This document shows, one piece after another, positions 8,931-18,454 of a stretch of DNA of 64,000 nucleotides. This DNA comes from a virus. Lineage: Duplodnaviria > Caudoviricetes. A model generated the notes under the pieces. The model did not search any database and was not told where the DNA came from. It worked only from the letters and a program-made list of their open reading frames with translations. A program made the position numbers and the translations under genes. The stretch is from positions 1,687 to 65,686 of the IMG/VR virus record IMGVR_UViG_3300044712_001597; one strand, given 5' to 3'. The first letter of the stretch is position 1; each line of letters begins with the position of its first letter.

Positions 8931-10058
8931 ATGGCCATTGCAAAATTGTCCCTGCGTAAAAAGTCTGCTGACGACGAGTCGGCTGACTCCAGCGCCGAAG
9001 AAACCCCGAAAAAAACCCTGATGAAGAAGCGCCTCGGCGCTGGTCCGTCTTCTGCCGCCGACAAGGACGACGCCGAAGACGAAGCTCCGGCTCCAAAGAA
9101 GCTGCTCAAGAAAGCGCCTGCTGAGGAGGAAGCCGAAGAGCCCGAAGACGAAGCTCCGGCTCCAAAGAAGCTGCTCAAGAAAGCGCCTGCTGAGGAGGAA
9201 GCCGAAGAGCCCGAAGACGAAGCTCCGGCTCCGAAGAAAGCCGTGAAGACTTTGGAGACCGAAGTGGTCGACGAAGACGAAGCTCCGACTCCAAAGAAAC
9301 TGGCCGTTCGCAAGAAAGCCTTGCCATCCGCCGCCGGCGAAGAGGACGAAGAACTCGACGCTCTTCCGGGAGTTGACCGCTCTCCGGTTGTGTATGACGC
9401 CATGAAGCTCGGCGCCATCGACGGTCCCATCGAGTCTCGCGATCTTTCGCGGCCGCGTATCCAGTTGGTGCAAAACAACAGCACCGATCTGGAAGAAGCT
9501 GGATTCACGGTAGGTCAGATCGCTCTGGCCGGCGAGGTGCTCATCTGGGACAAGGGCTGTGATCCGCTCAGCGTAGTGCTGATGACTGGCCGCAAGCGTT
9601 TCTCGCAAAAGCTGACCGATGACGAGTACAAGGAAGGCGTCATTCCGATGACGTTTGACTCGCCGGAAGCAGCCGAGGAAGCCGGGTTCCGTACGACATG
9701 GGAAGGCGATCAACCGCCTGAAGTCGATGCATTCTTGTCGACGCTGTTCCTCGTGGAGCAACCGGACTTCATCGAGCCCAATCCCATCTTCAATCTGGAG
9801 TACGAGGATCGGCGGTTCACCATCGCGGAAATGAAGTTCGCCGGAGTCAACTACCGCTCTCGCGGCGTCGCCGGAAACTGGTTGATGACTCAGAGTCGTG
9901 GAAGTCTCCTTCCGGATACTCGACTCTCGATGCTGGCCATGTCCGCAAGCCGTGAGAAGCAGAAGAAATCCGGCAACATCGTCACCGTGGCGAAGTTCCG
10001 GAATCTCGGAAAACACAGCGATCAAGAGTTCGCCGATTGGATTCTCTCGCTGAGCTAA
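8931..10058 (+). CDS. Putative ssDNA-binding/recombination protein with long repetitive acidic/basic N-terminus
   Basis: Lies between exonuclease and polymerase; DLSRPRIQLVQ motif of phage SSB-like proteins. Confidence 0.55.
   Translation: MAIAKLSLRKKSADDESADSSAEETPKKTLMKKRLGAGPSSAADKDDAEDEAPAPKKLLKKAPAEEEAEEPEDEAPAPKKLLKKAPAEEEAEEPEDEAPAPKKAVKTLETEVVDEDEAPTPKKLAVRKKALPSAAGEEDEELDALPGVDRSPVVYDAMKLGAIDGPIESRDLSRPRIQLVQNNSTDLEEAGFTVGQIALAGEVLIWDKGCDPLSVVLMTGRKRFSQKLTDDEYKEGVIPMTFDSPEAAEEAGFRTTWEGDQPPEVDAFLSTLFLVEQPDFIEPNPIFNLEYEDRRFTIAEMKFAGVNYRSRGVAGNWLMTQSRGSLLPDTRLSMLAMSASREKQKKSGNIVTVAKFRNLGKHSDQEFADWILSLS
9073..9232 (+). repeat. 69-bp coding tandem repeat (about 2.3 copies)
   Basis: Units start at 9073, 9142 and 9211 and encode EDEAPAPKKLLKKAPAEEEAEEP. 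Confidence 0.9.
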
Positions 10059-10073
10059 GCAGCGCAACCCTTT

Positions 10074-10156
10074 GGGTTCTGGCTACGGCCAGAAACTCAT
10101 GACCCGAGCTGGCAGACCTCGGAAAAGGAGCGGAGTTCATCTTCGCTCGTCTGCCA
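10074..10156 (+). ncRNA. Candidate structured RNA: cUACGg hairpin plus H-type pseudoknot
   Basis: TTCTGGC-TACG-GCCAGAA; CCGAG/CTCGG stem whose loop TGGCAGAC pairs with GTCTGCCA; inner hairpin GAGCGGAG/CTTCGCTC. Confidence 0.6.
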
Positions 10157-10166
10157 CCCCACTTTT

Positions 10167-10868
10167 ATGACTTACATCACTTCATATCGCTGCGCGGTTC
10201 ACCATTACCGATGCAAGAACTTTCCTTCTACCGAAGGACCTGTCTCGGTGCGAGCAGCTTGCTATCTCTTTGAGCTCTCGGCGTATGACGCTTCGCTTCT
10301 CCCGCTTAGTCCGTGGACTACCGTGTATGTCAACCCGGCGACTGTACGAGAAGCAGATCCTTTTGTGTGGAGAACAGCCATCATCCGCCCGGATCTATGC
10401 GTCGAAATTGAGTCAGAGTCGGACGCGCAGAGTCTCAGCCTCCAACACGAGGCTTGCAATTCTTGGACTGCTTTCGTCCAGTCCGTCAAAAAGTCCATAA
10501 CTTGGATGCGGCGAATCGGGGTTCATCCACACATTCTTTCTCGGATGGCTTCGCCTTACGAAATGCGGATGGTCGAAGTGCGCACTCTGCAAGACGATTA
10601 TCTCGCTCGCATGGCCGCCAGCGGCAATGCTGAAATCGCCAGAATGGCTCACACGCTGCATGAGTATGAGACCATGGTCCGAAAGAACGACGTGATGGCC
10701 GATCCGTGCGTGGAGTTCAGTTCGTTTCTTTGGAATCCTGAATGGTCGCGCATCCCTGAGTGGGCTCGAAAGAAGTACTTGCAAGCTCGAGATGAAAAAG
10801 GCTTTACTTATCTCGATTCTACTTTCGCGCCAAAAGACGACAAAGTTGAAGTCAACTTCCAAGCGTAA
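10167..10868 (+). CDS. Hypothetical protein, possibly a degenerate ThyX-fold paralog
   Basis: GVHPHILSRMASPY...EIARMA resembles the C-terminal ThyX segment; catalytic RHRxxS motif absent. Confidence 0.45.
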   Translation: MTYITSYRCAVHHYRCKNFPSTEGPVSVRAACYLFELSAYDASLLPLSPWTTVYVNPATVREADPFVWRTAIIRPDLCVEIESESDAQSLSLQHEACNSWTAFVQSVKKSITWMRRIGVHPHILSRMASPYEMRMVEVRTLQDDYLARMAASGNAEIARMAHTLHEYETMVRKNDVMADPCVEFSSFLWNPEWSRIPEWARKKYLQARDEKGFTYLDSTFAPKDDKVEVNFQA

Positions 10869-11116
10869 TGAGTTCCGAGATTACAGATGACGAAATCGTG
10901 GACCAACTGCGCGGAACCTGCGTGTCAGAGAGCGAAGCCGCCGAGTCTCTAAACGTTTCGGTCGAGCGTATTCAAGAAGCCATTCAACGAAGTGGAGACG
11001 ATATTTTTCTCTGCGAACTTTGCGGTTGGTGGTGTGAAAGCAGCGAACTCGCTAAAGATAGTTCGTGCACAGACTGCTGCGACGTTGAAAACGAAGATTC
11101 CGACGAAGATGAGTAA
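10868..11116 (+). CDS. Small acidic HTH/zinc-ribbon protein
   Basis: EAAESLNVS; CELCGWW...CTDC. Confidence 0.6.
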   Translation: MSSEITDDEIVDQLRGTCVSESEAAESLNVSVERIQEAIQRSGDDIFLCELCGWWCESSELAKDSSCTDCCDVENEDSDEDE

Positions 11117-12944
11117 GCACGCGGCAGTTGATTTCGAGACCACCTTTTTTCCGAAGCGTAAGATATCGCTGAAGAACTTGGGAGTAGATCAATATCTCTG
11201 GCATCCAGAGGTTGAGGTCTATATGGTTTCAATCTATACCGCCGACGGGTCATACGTAGGCCATCCTCGTGAATTTGACTGGGGTCAGATTGCACATCTT
11301 GATTGGGTAAGTCACAACGCTGCCTTTGATCGTCGCGTTTTCCGGCGTCTTAGCTTCGACGATCCTTCCATTCGGCGCTATCACCCCAAGAATTGGTACT
11401 GCACGGCAAACTTGGTTGCTTGGATGGGGTGCAAGCGAGATTTGAAATCATCATGCCGAGAGCTGTTCAACGTGGACGTCGACAAAGATGCTCGAAAAGC
11501 CATGGAGAACAAGACGGTTCGCGAACTGATGAACGGACCTCACTGGCGCGAAATCTGCGAGTATGCTGAAAGAGACGCGTATTGGTGCTGGCGATTGTGG
11601 GATGAATTTTCGGTTTCTTGGCCGACAGTTGAGCGGAAGATCAGCGAGATGACAACTCAACAGTGTCTACGCGGACTTCCTGCAGATCAAGAGTATATCC
11701 AAGAGGCGATTCAACGCTTGGATCGTTGTTGCTTCGACGCGAAAAAGCAGTTGCCGTGGGCCAATGGGACTTCAGACGAAAAAAAGGTTCTTTCGCTTAT
11801 TGCGGTAGCTGAGGAATGCCGCAAACTCGGAATCAAACCTCCTCGATCCACAGCCGAAGACAGCGACGACTGCCAGCAGTGGGAAGCTGAGCATCCGGAG
11901 ATTCCGTGGGTCCGATCCATGCGGCGGTATCGCAAAGCCAACTTGCTCAAGACTAAGTTCGAGAAGATGCTCTCTCGCATTCGTCCTTTTGACGGCCGGA
12001 TTGACTTCAGTCAGAAGTACTGCGGAGCTCACACGAAGCGAATGACTGGCGATTCCGGCTTCAACGTGCATGGCTTTCAACGGGATCCATTTGCTTGCGT
12101 GGAGCTCGAAGCGGGACAGTCTGTTAAGTCTTTGGATCCTCGACTGGTTGTCGACATGCGCCGGGCTATCTGCGCTCCAGAGGATCAACAAATCGTAGTC
12201 GCTGATCTTTCGCAGATTGAACCCCGCACTCTTGCGTGGATCGTCAACGACCGCGTCAAACTCGATCTCATCAACCGCGGGATTTCGGTCTATCAGGTCC
12301 ACGCGATCCAGACTCTTGGATGGGACGAGCTTGAAGATCTAAAGAAAAAAGATCCAAAGCTTTATCAGATGTGCAAGATGCGAGTCCTTGGATTGTCCTA
12401 TGGCTGCGGAGCGCCAAAGTTCGTGAGCTACTGTTGGAACCAGTATGGATATCGCATGACTCTGGCAGAGTCAAAAAAGCAAGTGCGAGATTTCCGTCGA
12501 AAAGAGAAGTTGGTGACTCGTCTTTGGGAAAGACTTCAAACGAAGCTCGAAGCCTCTGTGGGCGACGATCTACACATCGAACTCCCAAGCTGGAACACGC
12601 AGGTCTATCGAGACGTGCGGTCAGTCAAGGGAGCAACTCGCATGGAGTACACGGCCTCAATTGCCGGTGGACGTCGTAATCGTCTTTGGGGCTCCTTGCT
12701 TTGCGAAAACATCATTCAAGCGACGGCTCGAGATTGCTTCTATGAAAAAGTGACGATGCTCGAAGACGGCGGTCTTCCTACTCTACTTCCAGTCCACGAC
12801 GAAATTGTATCCGATGCCATCCCGGCCCGAGACGCAAAAGAAGCTCGCGAGTTCGTGCGAGAAGTCATGCGAGCCGAGTGCGAATGGATGCCGGGAGTCG
12901 CTCTCGACTCTGAATGCTTTACCACACCCTACTATGTCAAATGA
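11109..12944 (+). CDS. DNA polymerase family A with 3'-5' exonuclease
   Basis: Exonuclease motifs DFET, HNAAFD, YAERD; motif A DLSQIEPR, motif B KMRVLGLSYG, motif C VHDE. Confidence 0.95.
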   Translation: MSKHAAVDFETTFFPKRKISLKNLGVDQYLWHPEVEVYMVSIYTADGSYVGHPREFDWGQIAHLDWVSHNAAFDRRVFRRLSFDDPSIRRYHPKNWYCTANLVAWMGCKRDLKSSCRELFNVDVDKDARKAMENKTVRELMNGPHWREICEYAERDAYWCWRLWDEFSVSWPTVERKISEMTTQQCLRGLPADQEYIQEAIQRLDRCCFDAKKQLPWANGTSDEKKVLSLIAVAEECRKLGIKPPRSTAEDSDDCQQWEAEHPEIPWVRSMRRYRKANLLKTKFEKMLSRIRPFDGRIDFSQKYCGAHTKRMTGDSGFNVHGFQRDPFACVELEAGQSVKSLDPRLVVDMRRAICAPEDQQIVVADLSQIEPRTLAWIVNDRVKLDLINRGISVYQVHAIQTLGWDELEDLKKKDPKLYQMCKMRVLGLSYGCGAPKFVSYCWNQYGYRMTLAESKKQVRDFRRKEKLVTRLWERLQTKLEASVGDDLHIELPSWNTQVYRDVRSVKGATRMEYTASIAGGRRNRLWGSLLCENIIQATARDCFYEKVTMLEDGGLPTLLPVHDEIVSDAIPARDAKEAREFVREVMRAECEWMPGVALDSECFTTPYYVK

Positions 12945-13146
12945 TCCAACACCACTAACGCGCGAATGCCTTCTTCGGAAGCTTCGCTCTACTGAATCTG
13001 AAGAACTCACGGCCCACGACGTGGTGGCGCTCATCGTGCTTCCCAGCTTTGTCGAACGTGGGTTAGACGCAGCGGAAGCCGTGGCCGAATCCCGAGTCAT
13101 CGCAGACGAATTTCTCATACAAAAACACCAAACTTCACTTTCATGA
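12934..13146 (+). CDS. Hypothetical protein
   Basis: Overlapping start/stop coupling on both sides. Confidence 0.55.
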   Translation: MSNDPTPLTRECLLRKLRSTESEELTAHDVVALIVLPSFVERGLDAAEAVAESRVIADEFLIQKHQTSLS

Positions 13147-13682
13147 ACCGCGAACCCATTCTTGCCCAAAGCCTGCAAGACATCGCGTTGCCACACTTCG
13201 TGGTTTCGTGTATTGTCTACAACCCAAAGGAAAAAACCATGCTCCTCATGTGGCGCACAGACAAAGTGCGCTCTGCAAAAAACTGCTGGTCAATTCCGAG
13301 CGGATTATTCGAACACGGAGAAACCTTCGAGTCGGCAATCTTTCGTGAGTTGCAAGAGGAACTTGGACTTGAAAGACCTCGTCTGCATCGACTTCAGTTC
13401 CACACACTCTACAACAACCTTCCTGGAGACGGCTTTCATTGGGTCGTGGGAATCTGGTCGGTCGCTTGTACTGATTTGTCGATCGACTCCGTTGTGAACC
13501 ACGAACCTGACAAACACCAAATTGTCATCCTGCCTCTTACGACCGTGCACGACATGCTGAGTCTTGAACTCGAGCAACAAGTGACGGTGTTTGAGCCGCG
13601 TCGTATTTTTGGCGGAAATCTGGCTGCTCCGCTTGTTGAAAGTTTGAACCGCATCATCTCAACCTCATGCACCGTCCGATAA
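13143..13682 (+). CDS. NUDIX hydrolase
   Basis: Nudix box GLFEHGETFESAIFRELQEELGL. Confidence 0.93.
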   Translation: MNREPILAQSLQDIALPHFVVSCIVYNPKEKTMLLMWRTDKVRSAKNCWSIPSGLFEHGETFESAIFRELQEELGLERPRLHRLQFHTLYNNLPGDGFHWVVGIWSVACTDLSIDSVVNHEPDKHQIVILPLTTVHDMLSLELEQQVTVFEPRRIFGGNLAAPLVESLNRIISTSCTVR

Positions 13683-14353
13683 TCATTCTCGAAGGACCAG
13701 ACGGAGTAGGAAAGACTACCTTTGCAAAAGCGTTCTGCGAAAGGTTCAATGGATTTTACATCCATCTCACGCTCCGCAAAAATATGCACGCTCATCAAGT
13801 GGCTGCGTTATCTTTGGCGCTTCGCAAATCTCGCCGACACCCCGTCATCATTGATCGTCATTGGCCTTCGGAGCAAATCTACGCGGCCGTGTATCGCGGC
13901 GGATCCAATCTTCAGGACGAGGCTAAGTGGATGCATCGAACGTGCAACACTCTTGGAGTATTTACTCTTGTTTGCCTCGCCGGTTCAGTTGACCAAATGG
14001 TTAAGTCGCACCATGCTCTATCGCAAGCCCGCAACGAGATGTATGAGCCCAGTAAGAAGTTTGAAGAAGTCGTCCGTTGCTACTATGATTGGTGGCATGG
14101 AACAAATCTGCGAATGACGCACATGGGCTTCTGTGAAGAACTCAAACCCATGCGCACTCGTCACATGGCTTCAACGCTTTACGATCGTCTACAGTACGCC
14201 AGTCCTTTAGCCCTAAAAGAAGCTTGTGAAAACGTGCACGCTCTCGCGCAAGCTTGGCGAAAGTTCAACATGGAAGATCCTTTTGCTCAGCGGCTAGCTA
14301 CACAATCCTATTTACTTCGTTCAACTCTCGGGTATAAATCAAAATTGTCATGA
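13667..14353 (+). CDS. Deoxynucleoside monophosphate (thymidylate-like) kinase
   Basis: IILEGPDGVGKTT P-loop; IIDRHWPSEQIY. Confidence 0.88.
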   Translation: MHRPIIILEGPDGVGKTTFAKAFCERFNGFYIHLTLRKNMHAHQVAALSLALRKSRRHPVIIDRHWPSEQIYAAVYRGGSNLQDEAKWMHRTCNTLGVFTLVCLAGSVDQMVKSHHALSQARNEMYEPSKKFEEVVRCYYDWWHGTNLRMTHMGFCEELKPMRTRHMASTLYDRLQYASPLALKEACENVHALAQAWRKFNMEDPFAQRLATQSYLLRSTLGYKSKLS

Positions 14354-15216
14354 GTTCTGTTACTTCCCTTCCACCGGTCCAATCGCGTTCTTACTCGGCT
14401 AGCGCAGTATGGCGTAGGCTTCTTCGCCAAGTTCTGTGCGAAGGCGCTCCTTCAAAGCCAAGAGGAATGGAGATTCTCGAAGTCATTGGAAACCAGGTGC
14501 GCGTCGACATGCGGCATCCAGTGGTTCTCAGCCGAACCCGTCGCCTCAACTACAAGTTTATGGCGGCCGAAGCTTGGTGGATTCTCAGTGGCAAAAGAGA
14601 TACGCAGTCCATTGGAAAGTTCTGCAAGAACATACTTCAGTTTTCCGACGACGGCGAAACCTTTTTTGGAGCCTACGGTCCGAAGATCCGAAACCAACTT
14701 GGGTCCGTCATTCGCTGCCTTGAGATGGATCGTGACTCACGCCAAGCGGTGATCAATATCTGGCGAGAAAATCCTCCAGTCTCAAAAGATATTCCGTGCA
14801 CTCTGTCCGCACAGTTTCTCATTCGCGACAACAAACTGCACTGCATTGACACGATGCGATCTAACGACGTCTGGCTCGGATTTCCCTACGACGTCTTCAA
14901 CTTCTCAATGCTGTCGTGGAAAGTTCTTGACGAACTGCGGTTTCGTAATCCTTCCTACCAATCTTTGGAGCTCGGTAGTCTTTACCTCAACGCCGGATCG
15001 CATCATCTCTACGAGAGAAACCGAGTCATGGCTGAAAGAATCACCGCCGAGGAAAATGATCTCGAGTATGATCCACTTCCGGAAGCAGGCTACTTCGTGG
15101 AGTCGGTAATCGAGGCTCAACTCGGCTGGGCGATAGGAACAGACGGCCTTCCGCTAAGCCTGTTGGTAACTCCATTTTTCAACTCGCTCCGGAACTTGCA
15201 AAAAGTTGAGTCCTGA
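14350..15216 (+). CDS. Thymidylate synthase-family enzyme, probable dCMP hydroxymethylase/C5-modifying enzyme
   Basis: DSRQA, DIPCT catalytic Cys, MRSND, GFPYD (Asp where dUMP-specific ThyA has Asn), GSHHLY. Confidence 0.85.
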   Translation: MSSVTSLPPVQSRSYSASAVWRRLLRQVLCEGAPSKPRGMEILEVIGNQVRVDMRHPVVLSRTRRLNYKFMAAEAWWILSGKRDTQSIGKFCKNILQFSDDGETFFGAYGPKIRNQLGSVIRCLEMDRDSRQAVINIWRENPPVSKDIPCTLSAQFLIRDNKLHCIDTMRSNDVWLGFPYDVFNFSMLSWKVLDELRFRNPSYQSLELGSLYLNAGSHHLYERNRVMAERITAEENDLEYDPLPEAGYFVESVIEAQLGWAIGTDGLPLSLLVTPFFNSLRNLQKVES

Positions 15217-15261
15217 GGAAGATCAAGGTGTTCTCCGTCACCCGGATCCTGGTATGAATAG

Positions 15262-17379
15262 ATGACTCAGGCTATGAAGTTTCCATGCATCGCCAATCTA
15301 TCGTCGCAAGACACGGAGCTTATTACTCCGTGGGAGTTTAAGCCCAAGGTTCCCAAGTTCAACACCAAGCGCTTGTACAAAGAATGGCTTGCGCAAGAAT
15401 CTACCAAGCACTGTCTCTACTCGGGTTTCACAGGCGTTGTTCCGTCTCTGCGCATTCACCGAGAAGCAAATCCCGTCCATTCGATCCACGCTCTCGTCGC
15501 GGACTACGATTCTGACATTACGCAGTCTGATATCGAATCCATGCTGGACCGATCAGTGGATCTAGCACCAAACTGGGTGCATACGACACCATCCGGAGGA
15601 GCTCGACTGGTGTGGATTATTGAACGACCAGTGCTAGTTGCTACGGCGCAAATTCTCAAGAAGACACTGACTTCTGCTGCCAAAGCTCTCGACTTGAAAG
15701 GGCTGCTTCCCGGATTTGACTTCGAAAACGCGTTTCTCAATTTCACTATCTACTACGACGTCGGACTCGAATGGTGCGAAGTTGAAGGATCCTCGCTACT
15801 GCCTGCTTCCGTAGTAGAAGGTTGGATGCTCAAAGCTTCATCCAGCGCGTCCTGGTCAGGAACTGAAGTCCCGCTTCCTTTGATCGAGAAAGCAGTGCAT
15901 GAGCGATTCCCTGGACGATGGGAAGGACCTTTTGAAGAAGGTTCTCGAGGTGTGCGATTCTGGGATCCCATGGCCGACAATCCCACGGCGGCTGTTGTGC
16001 GCCCTACGGGAATGCAATGCTTCACCGGTCCCTCGGGGTTCGTGTCTTGGTCACAGATTTTCGGAGTTCCTTTTATAGAGCAGTTTACGGCCAAGCGAGT
16101 GGGCGATATGCTCGACGGCATTTGGTACGATGGACGGAGTTACTGGTATCAATCGGCCGATGAGAAATGGGAATCTCGTGCCGAGAAAGAGATGATCCGT
16201 TTTTTCAAGGTCGAGCACGGTCTCTCAGCCGATCGCGAAAAAGGAGCTATTTACAGCGAGGTTGAACAAGCCTTGCACCTCGTCGATCAACACCGCCGAG
16301 TCGCTGGAGCCGCTCCATTCGTCTACTTTCCTACGGGAATGATCGAGTTCATGGGGCGCAGAGTTCTCAACACGGCCAGTGTCAAAGTTCTTTCCCCGGC
16401 TGAAGGAGTTTACGACTGGGGCGAAAACTTTCCGTGGATTCAAGCGTTCATTGAAACTCTATTCGGCGATGAAGAGCAAGTGTTGATTTTCATCAGCTGG
16501 TTAAAACGCTTTTACTGCTCGGCGCTCGCCGGACGTCTGCTGCAAGGTCAAGCTGTCTTTATCGCAGGAACTTCTGGCAAAGGAAAAACGCTTCTCTCTA
16601 ACATGATCGTATCCGGCTTAGTGGGCGGTCACATGGACGCGGCCAGTTTCATGCTTGGAGGCTCAAGCTTCAACAAGAATCTCTACCACGTTGGACTTTG
16701 GACTATCGACGACGCCACTCCAGGAGACTCGGTGTCTGACCACAAAAAATTCTCCAGCTTGCTTAAGAAAGTCACGGCAAATACAACTTTTGAGTATCAC
16801 GCAAAGTTCGCGGATTCGGCGATGGTAGAATGGTGCGGCCGAGTCGTCATCACGGGCAACATTGACGCCGAGTCTCTTCGCATTCTTCCGGACTTGGATA
16901 CCTCAATTCTTGACAAGCTTCTTCTGTTCAAGATCGCTGACATCAAGCAAAACTTTCCTGAGAAGCATGAGCTCGCTGAGATCATTCACCGAGAACTTCC
17001 CTACTTGGCTGCGTTTCTTACGCACTTCGAGATTCCTTCTGAGTATCTCAGCGGAGAACAGCGGTATGGCATTGTCAACTATCATCATCGAGAACTCAAG
17101 TGCGCGGCTGGTGAAACCACGGACGTCGCGGTTCTTGAACAGATTTTGGATAGCTTCATCGCTGAGCGAAAACGCAATCGCGAGCCTGTGCCGTGGGTAG
17201 GAACCGCTACTGCGCTGATGCAGGAGATTTACCTGGATGATGTTCTCAAGAGCTTGGTCGGTCGTAACTCGGCAAAATGGTTTGCTATCAATCTTGGAAA
17301 ACTTGAAGCGCAGAAGCGCTTTGCTCTTACCTCAGAAATAAAGAACAATCGTCGACTCTACTCTATTGGAACGCCATGA
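15262..17379 (+). CDS. Primase-helicase (PrimPol-like N-terminus, SF3/D5-like P-loop)
   Basis: ADYD, TPSGGARL; Walker A GTSGKGKT; TIDD; ITGN. Confidence 0.85.
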   Translation: MTQAMKFPCIANLSSQDTELITPWEFKPKVPKFNTKRLYKEWLAQESTKHCLYSGFTGVVPSLRIHREANPVHSIHALVADYDSDITQSDIESMLDRSVDLAPNWVHTTPSGGARLVWIIERPVLVATAQILKKTLTSAAKALDLKGLLPGFDFENAFLNFTIYYDVGLEWCEVEGSSLLPASVVEGWMLKASSSASWSGTEVPLPLIEKAVHERFPGRWEGPFEEGSRGVRFWDPMADNPTAAVVRPTGMQCFTGPSGFVSWSQIFGVPFIEQFTAKRVGDMLDGIWYDGRSYWYQSADEKWESRAEKEMIRFFKVEHGLSADREKGAIYSEVEQALHLVDQHRRVAGAAPFVYFPTGMIEFMGRRVLNTASVKVLSPAEGVYDWGENFPWIQAFIETLFGDEEQVLIFISWLKRFYCSALAGRLLQGQAVFIAGTSGKGKTLLSNMIVSGLVGGHMDAASFMLGGSSFNKNLYHVGLWTIDDATPGDSVSDHKKFSSLLKKVTANTTFEYHAKFADSAMVEWCGRVVITGNIDAESLRILPDLDTSILDKLLLFKIADIKQNFPEKHELAEIIHRELPYLAAFLTHFEIPSEYLSGEQRYGIVNYHHRELKCAAGETTDVAVLEQILDSFIAERKRNREPVPWVGTATALMQEIYLDDVLKSLVGRNSAKWFAINLGKLEAQKRFALTSEIKNNRRLYSIGTP

Positions 17380-18407
17380 ACATACTCGTCACTGGATCTA
17401 CGCCTCAACACAACGGTCGTAAGAATCGACCCGGCTACATCAGCGTCACCGCCATGCTGGTCTCTGTGCTTAAAAATCTCGGCCATCAAGTTCAGAATCG
17501 GCCATTTGACGTGCACTCAGATCACGCGAGCGACTTCGATGTCGTCATCGTAGGAATGCACTCATTCACTGGACTTCCTGCAATCCACAAATATCAAGCT
17601 TGCGAGTGCATTTATCAGGCCGCTGAGGATGGGATTCCTTGTTTCTTCATGCTCGATGACTGGGACATTAAGAAAGTCATCAATGGCTCACGAGCTGTAA
17701 TGAACCAACCATCGCGGATTACCAAGCCTCTCTACGAGTATTGCCACGAGTTCAAGTGGGCCACAGAAAACAAAAAGCGGCGGGATCGCATCTTCGAAGC
17801 CTGTCGCATCGTGGTAGATCCGCTCAGTTGGCCGTCTTGCTTGACTCCTCTCTATCCCGGAGGAGAAGTCGCGAAGCTCACAAACTTGATTCCGCCAGAA
17901 ACGCTGATTCCGTGGAATCCAGCCAGCGTCACCCCGCAGTACGCCGGGACTCCGTGCATGGACGAAACTCGTGAGGCTCGTTGGATTTTTGCCGTTTTGA
18001 CGAACCAGTTCAAATGGCTTGAGTCTCTCAAACTTGAGTGGCCAGTGCTTCACGCCGGAGGAAAAGCCAGCAAGGCGGACATCTTTCTTTCGGAAGTGCG
18101 AATCTTTGAGGAGATGTGCCAAAGCTGGGGATCGCTGTCTTGCCCCTACTGGCATCTCGGCAGTGGATGGTACCGCATTCGTCACTGCCTAGCGGTTCAA
18201 GCTGGGTGCTTGATCGCAGGGGACCCGCGTGAACTGTCGTTTATCGACCCGAGTTTCGCAGTGACGCCTCAGCAGCTTGAAAACCTTGACTTGGACGAAG
18301 CCCGGGATCTGCGCGACCGCCAGCGCTTGGCGTGGAAGACGAAGATCGAGTCGGTTGACGCGCATCGCCAAATCAAGGCAATCTTGCGCGACGTAAAAAA
18401 ATCTTAA
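17376..18407 (+). CDS. GT-B glycosyltransferase-like protein (putative DNA glycosyltransferase)
   Basis: MNILVTG...LKNLGHQV N-terminus, DVVIVG, LDDW, GWYRIRHCLAVQAG; about 340 aa, similar in size and pattern to T4 beta-glucosyltransferase. Confidence 0.6.
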   Translation: MNILVTGSTPQHNGRKNRPGYISVTAMLVSVLKNLGHQVQNRPFDVHSDHASDFDVVIVGMHSFTGLPAIHKYQACECIYQAAEDGIPCFFMLDDWDIKKVINGSRAVMNQPSRITKPLYEYCHEFKWATENKKRRDRIFEACRIVVDPLSWPSCLTPLYPGGEVAKLTNLIPPETLIPWNPASVTPQYAGTPCMDETREARWIFAVLTNQFKWLESLKLEWPVLHAGGKASKADIFLSEVRIFEEMCQSWGSLSCPYWHLGSGWYRIRHCLAVQAGCLIAGDPRELSFIDPSFAVTPQQLENLDLDEARDLRDRQRLAWKTKIESVDAHRQIKAILRDVKKS

Positions 18408-18409
18408 GA

Positions 18410-18454
18410 TTTTTGTTTACATAGCTGGCATCTAGAGTTATAGCTCTACTTGTC
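18410..18454 (+). promoter_or_regulatory. Phage promoter (copy 2)
   Basis: TTTTTG-TTTACA-17nt-TATAGC-10nt-ATGAGC. Confidence 0.7.

Noticed and set aside
6480-10067. Long - strand ORFs (6480..7445, 7583..8461, 8880..10067)
   Set aside because: They are antisense to well-supported + strand genes.
14350-15216. Annotation as ordinary thyA
   Set aside because: The specificity residue is Asp rather than Asn and ThyX is already present, so the gene symbol was withheld.
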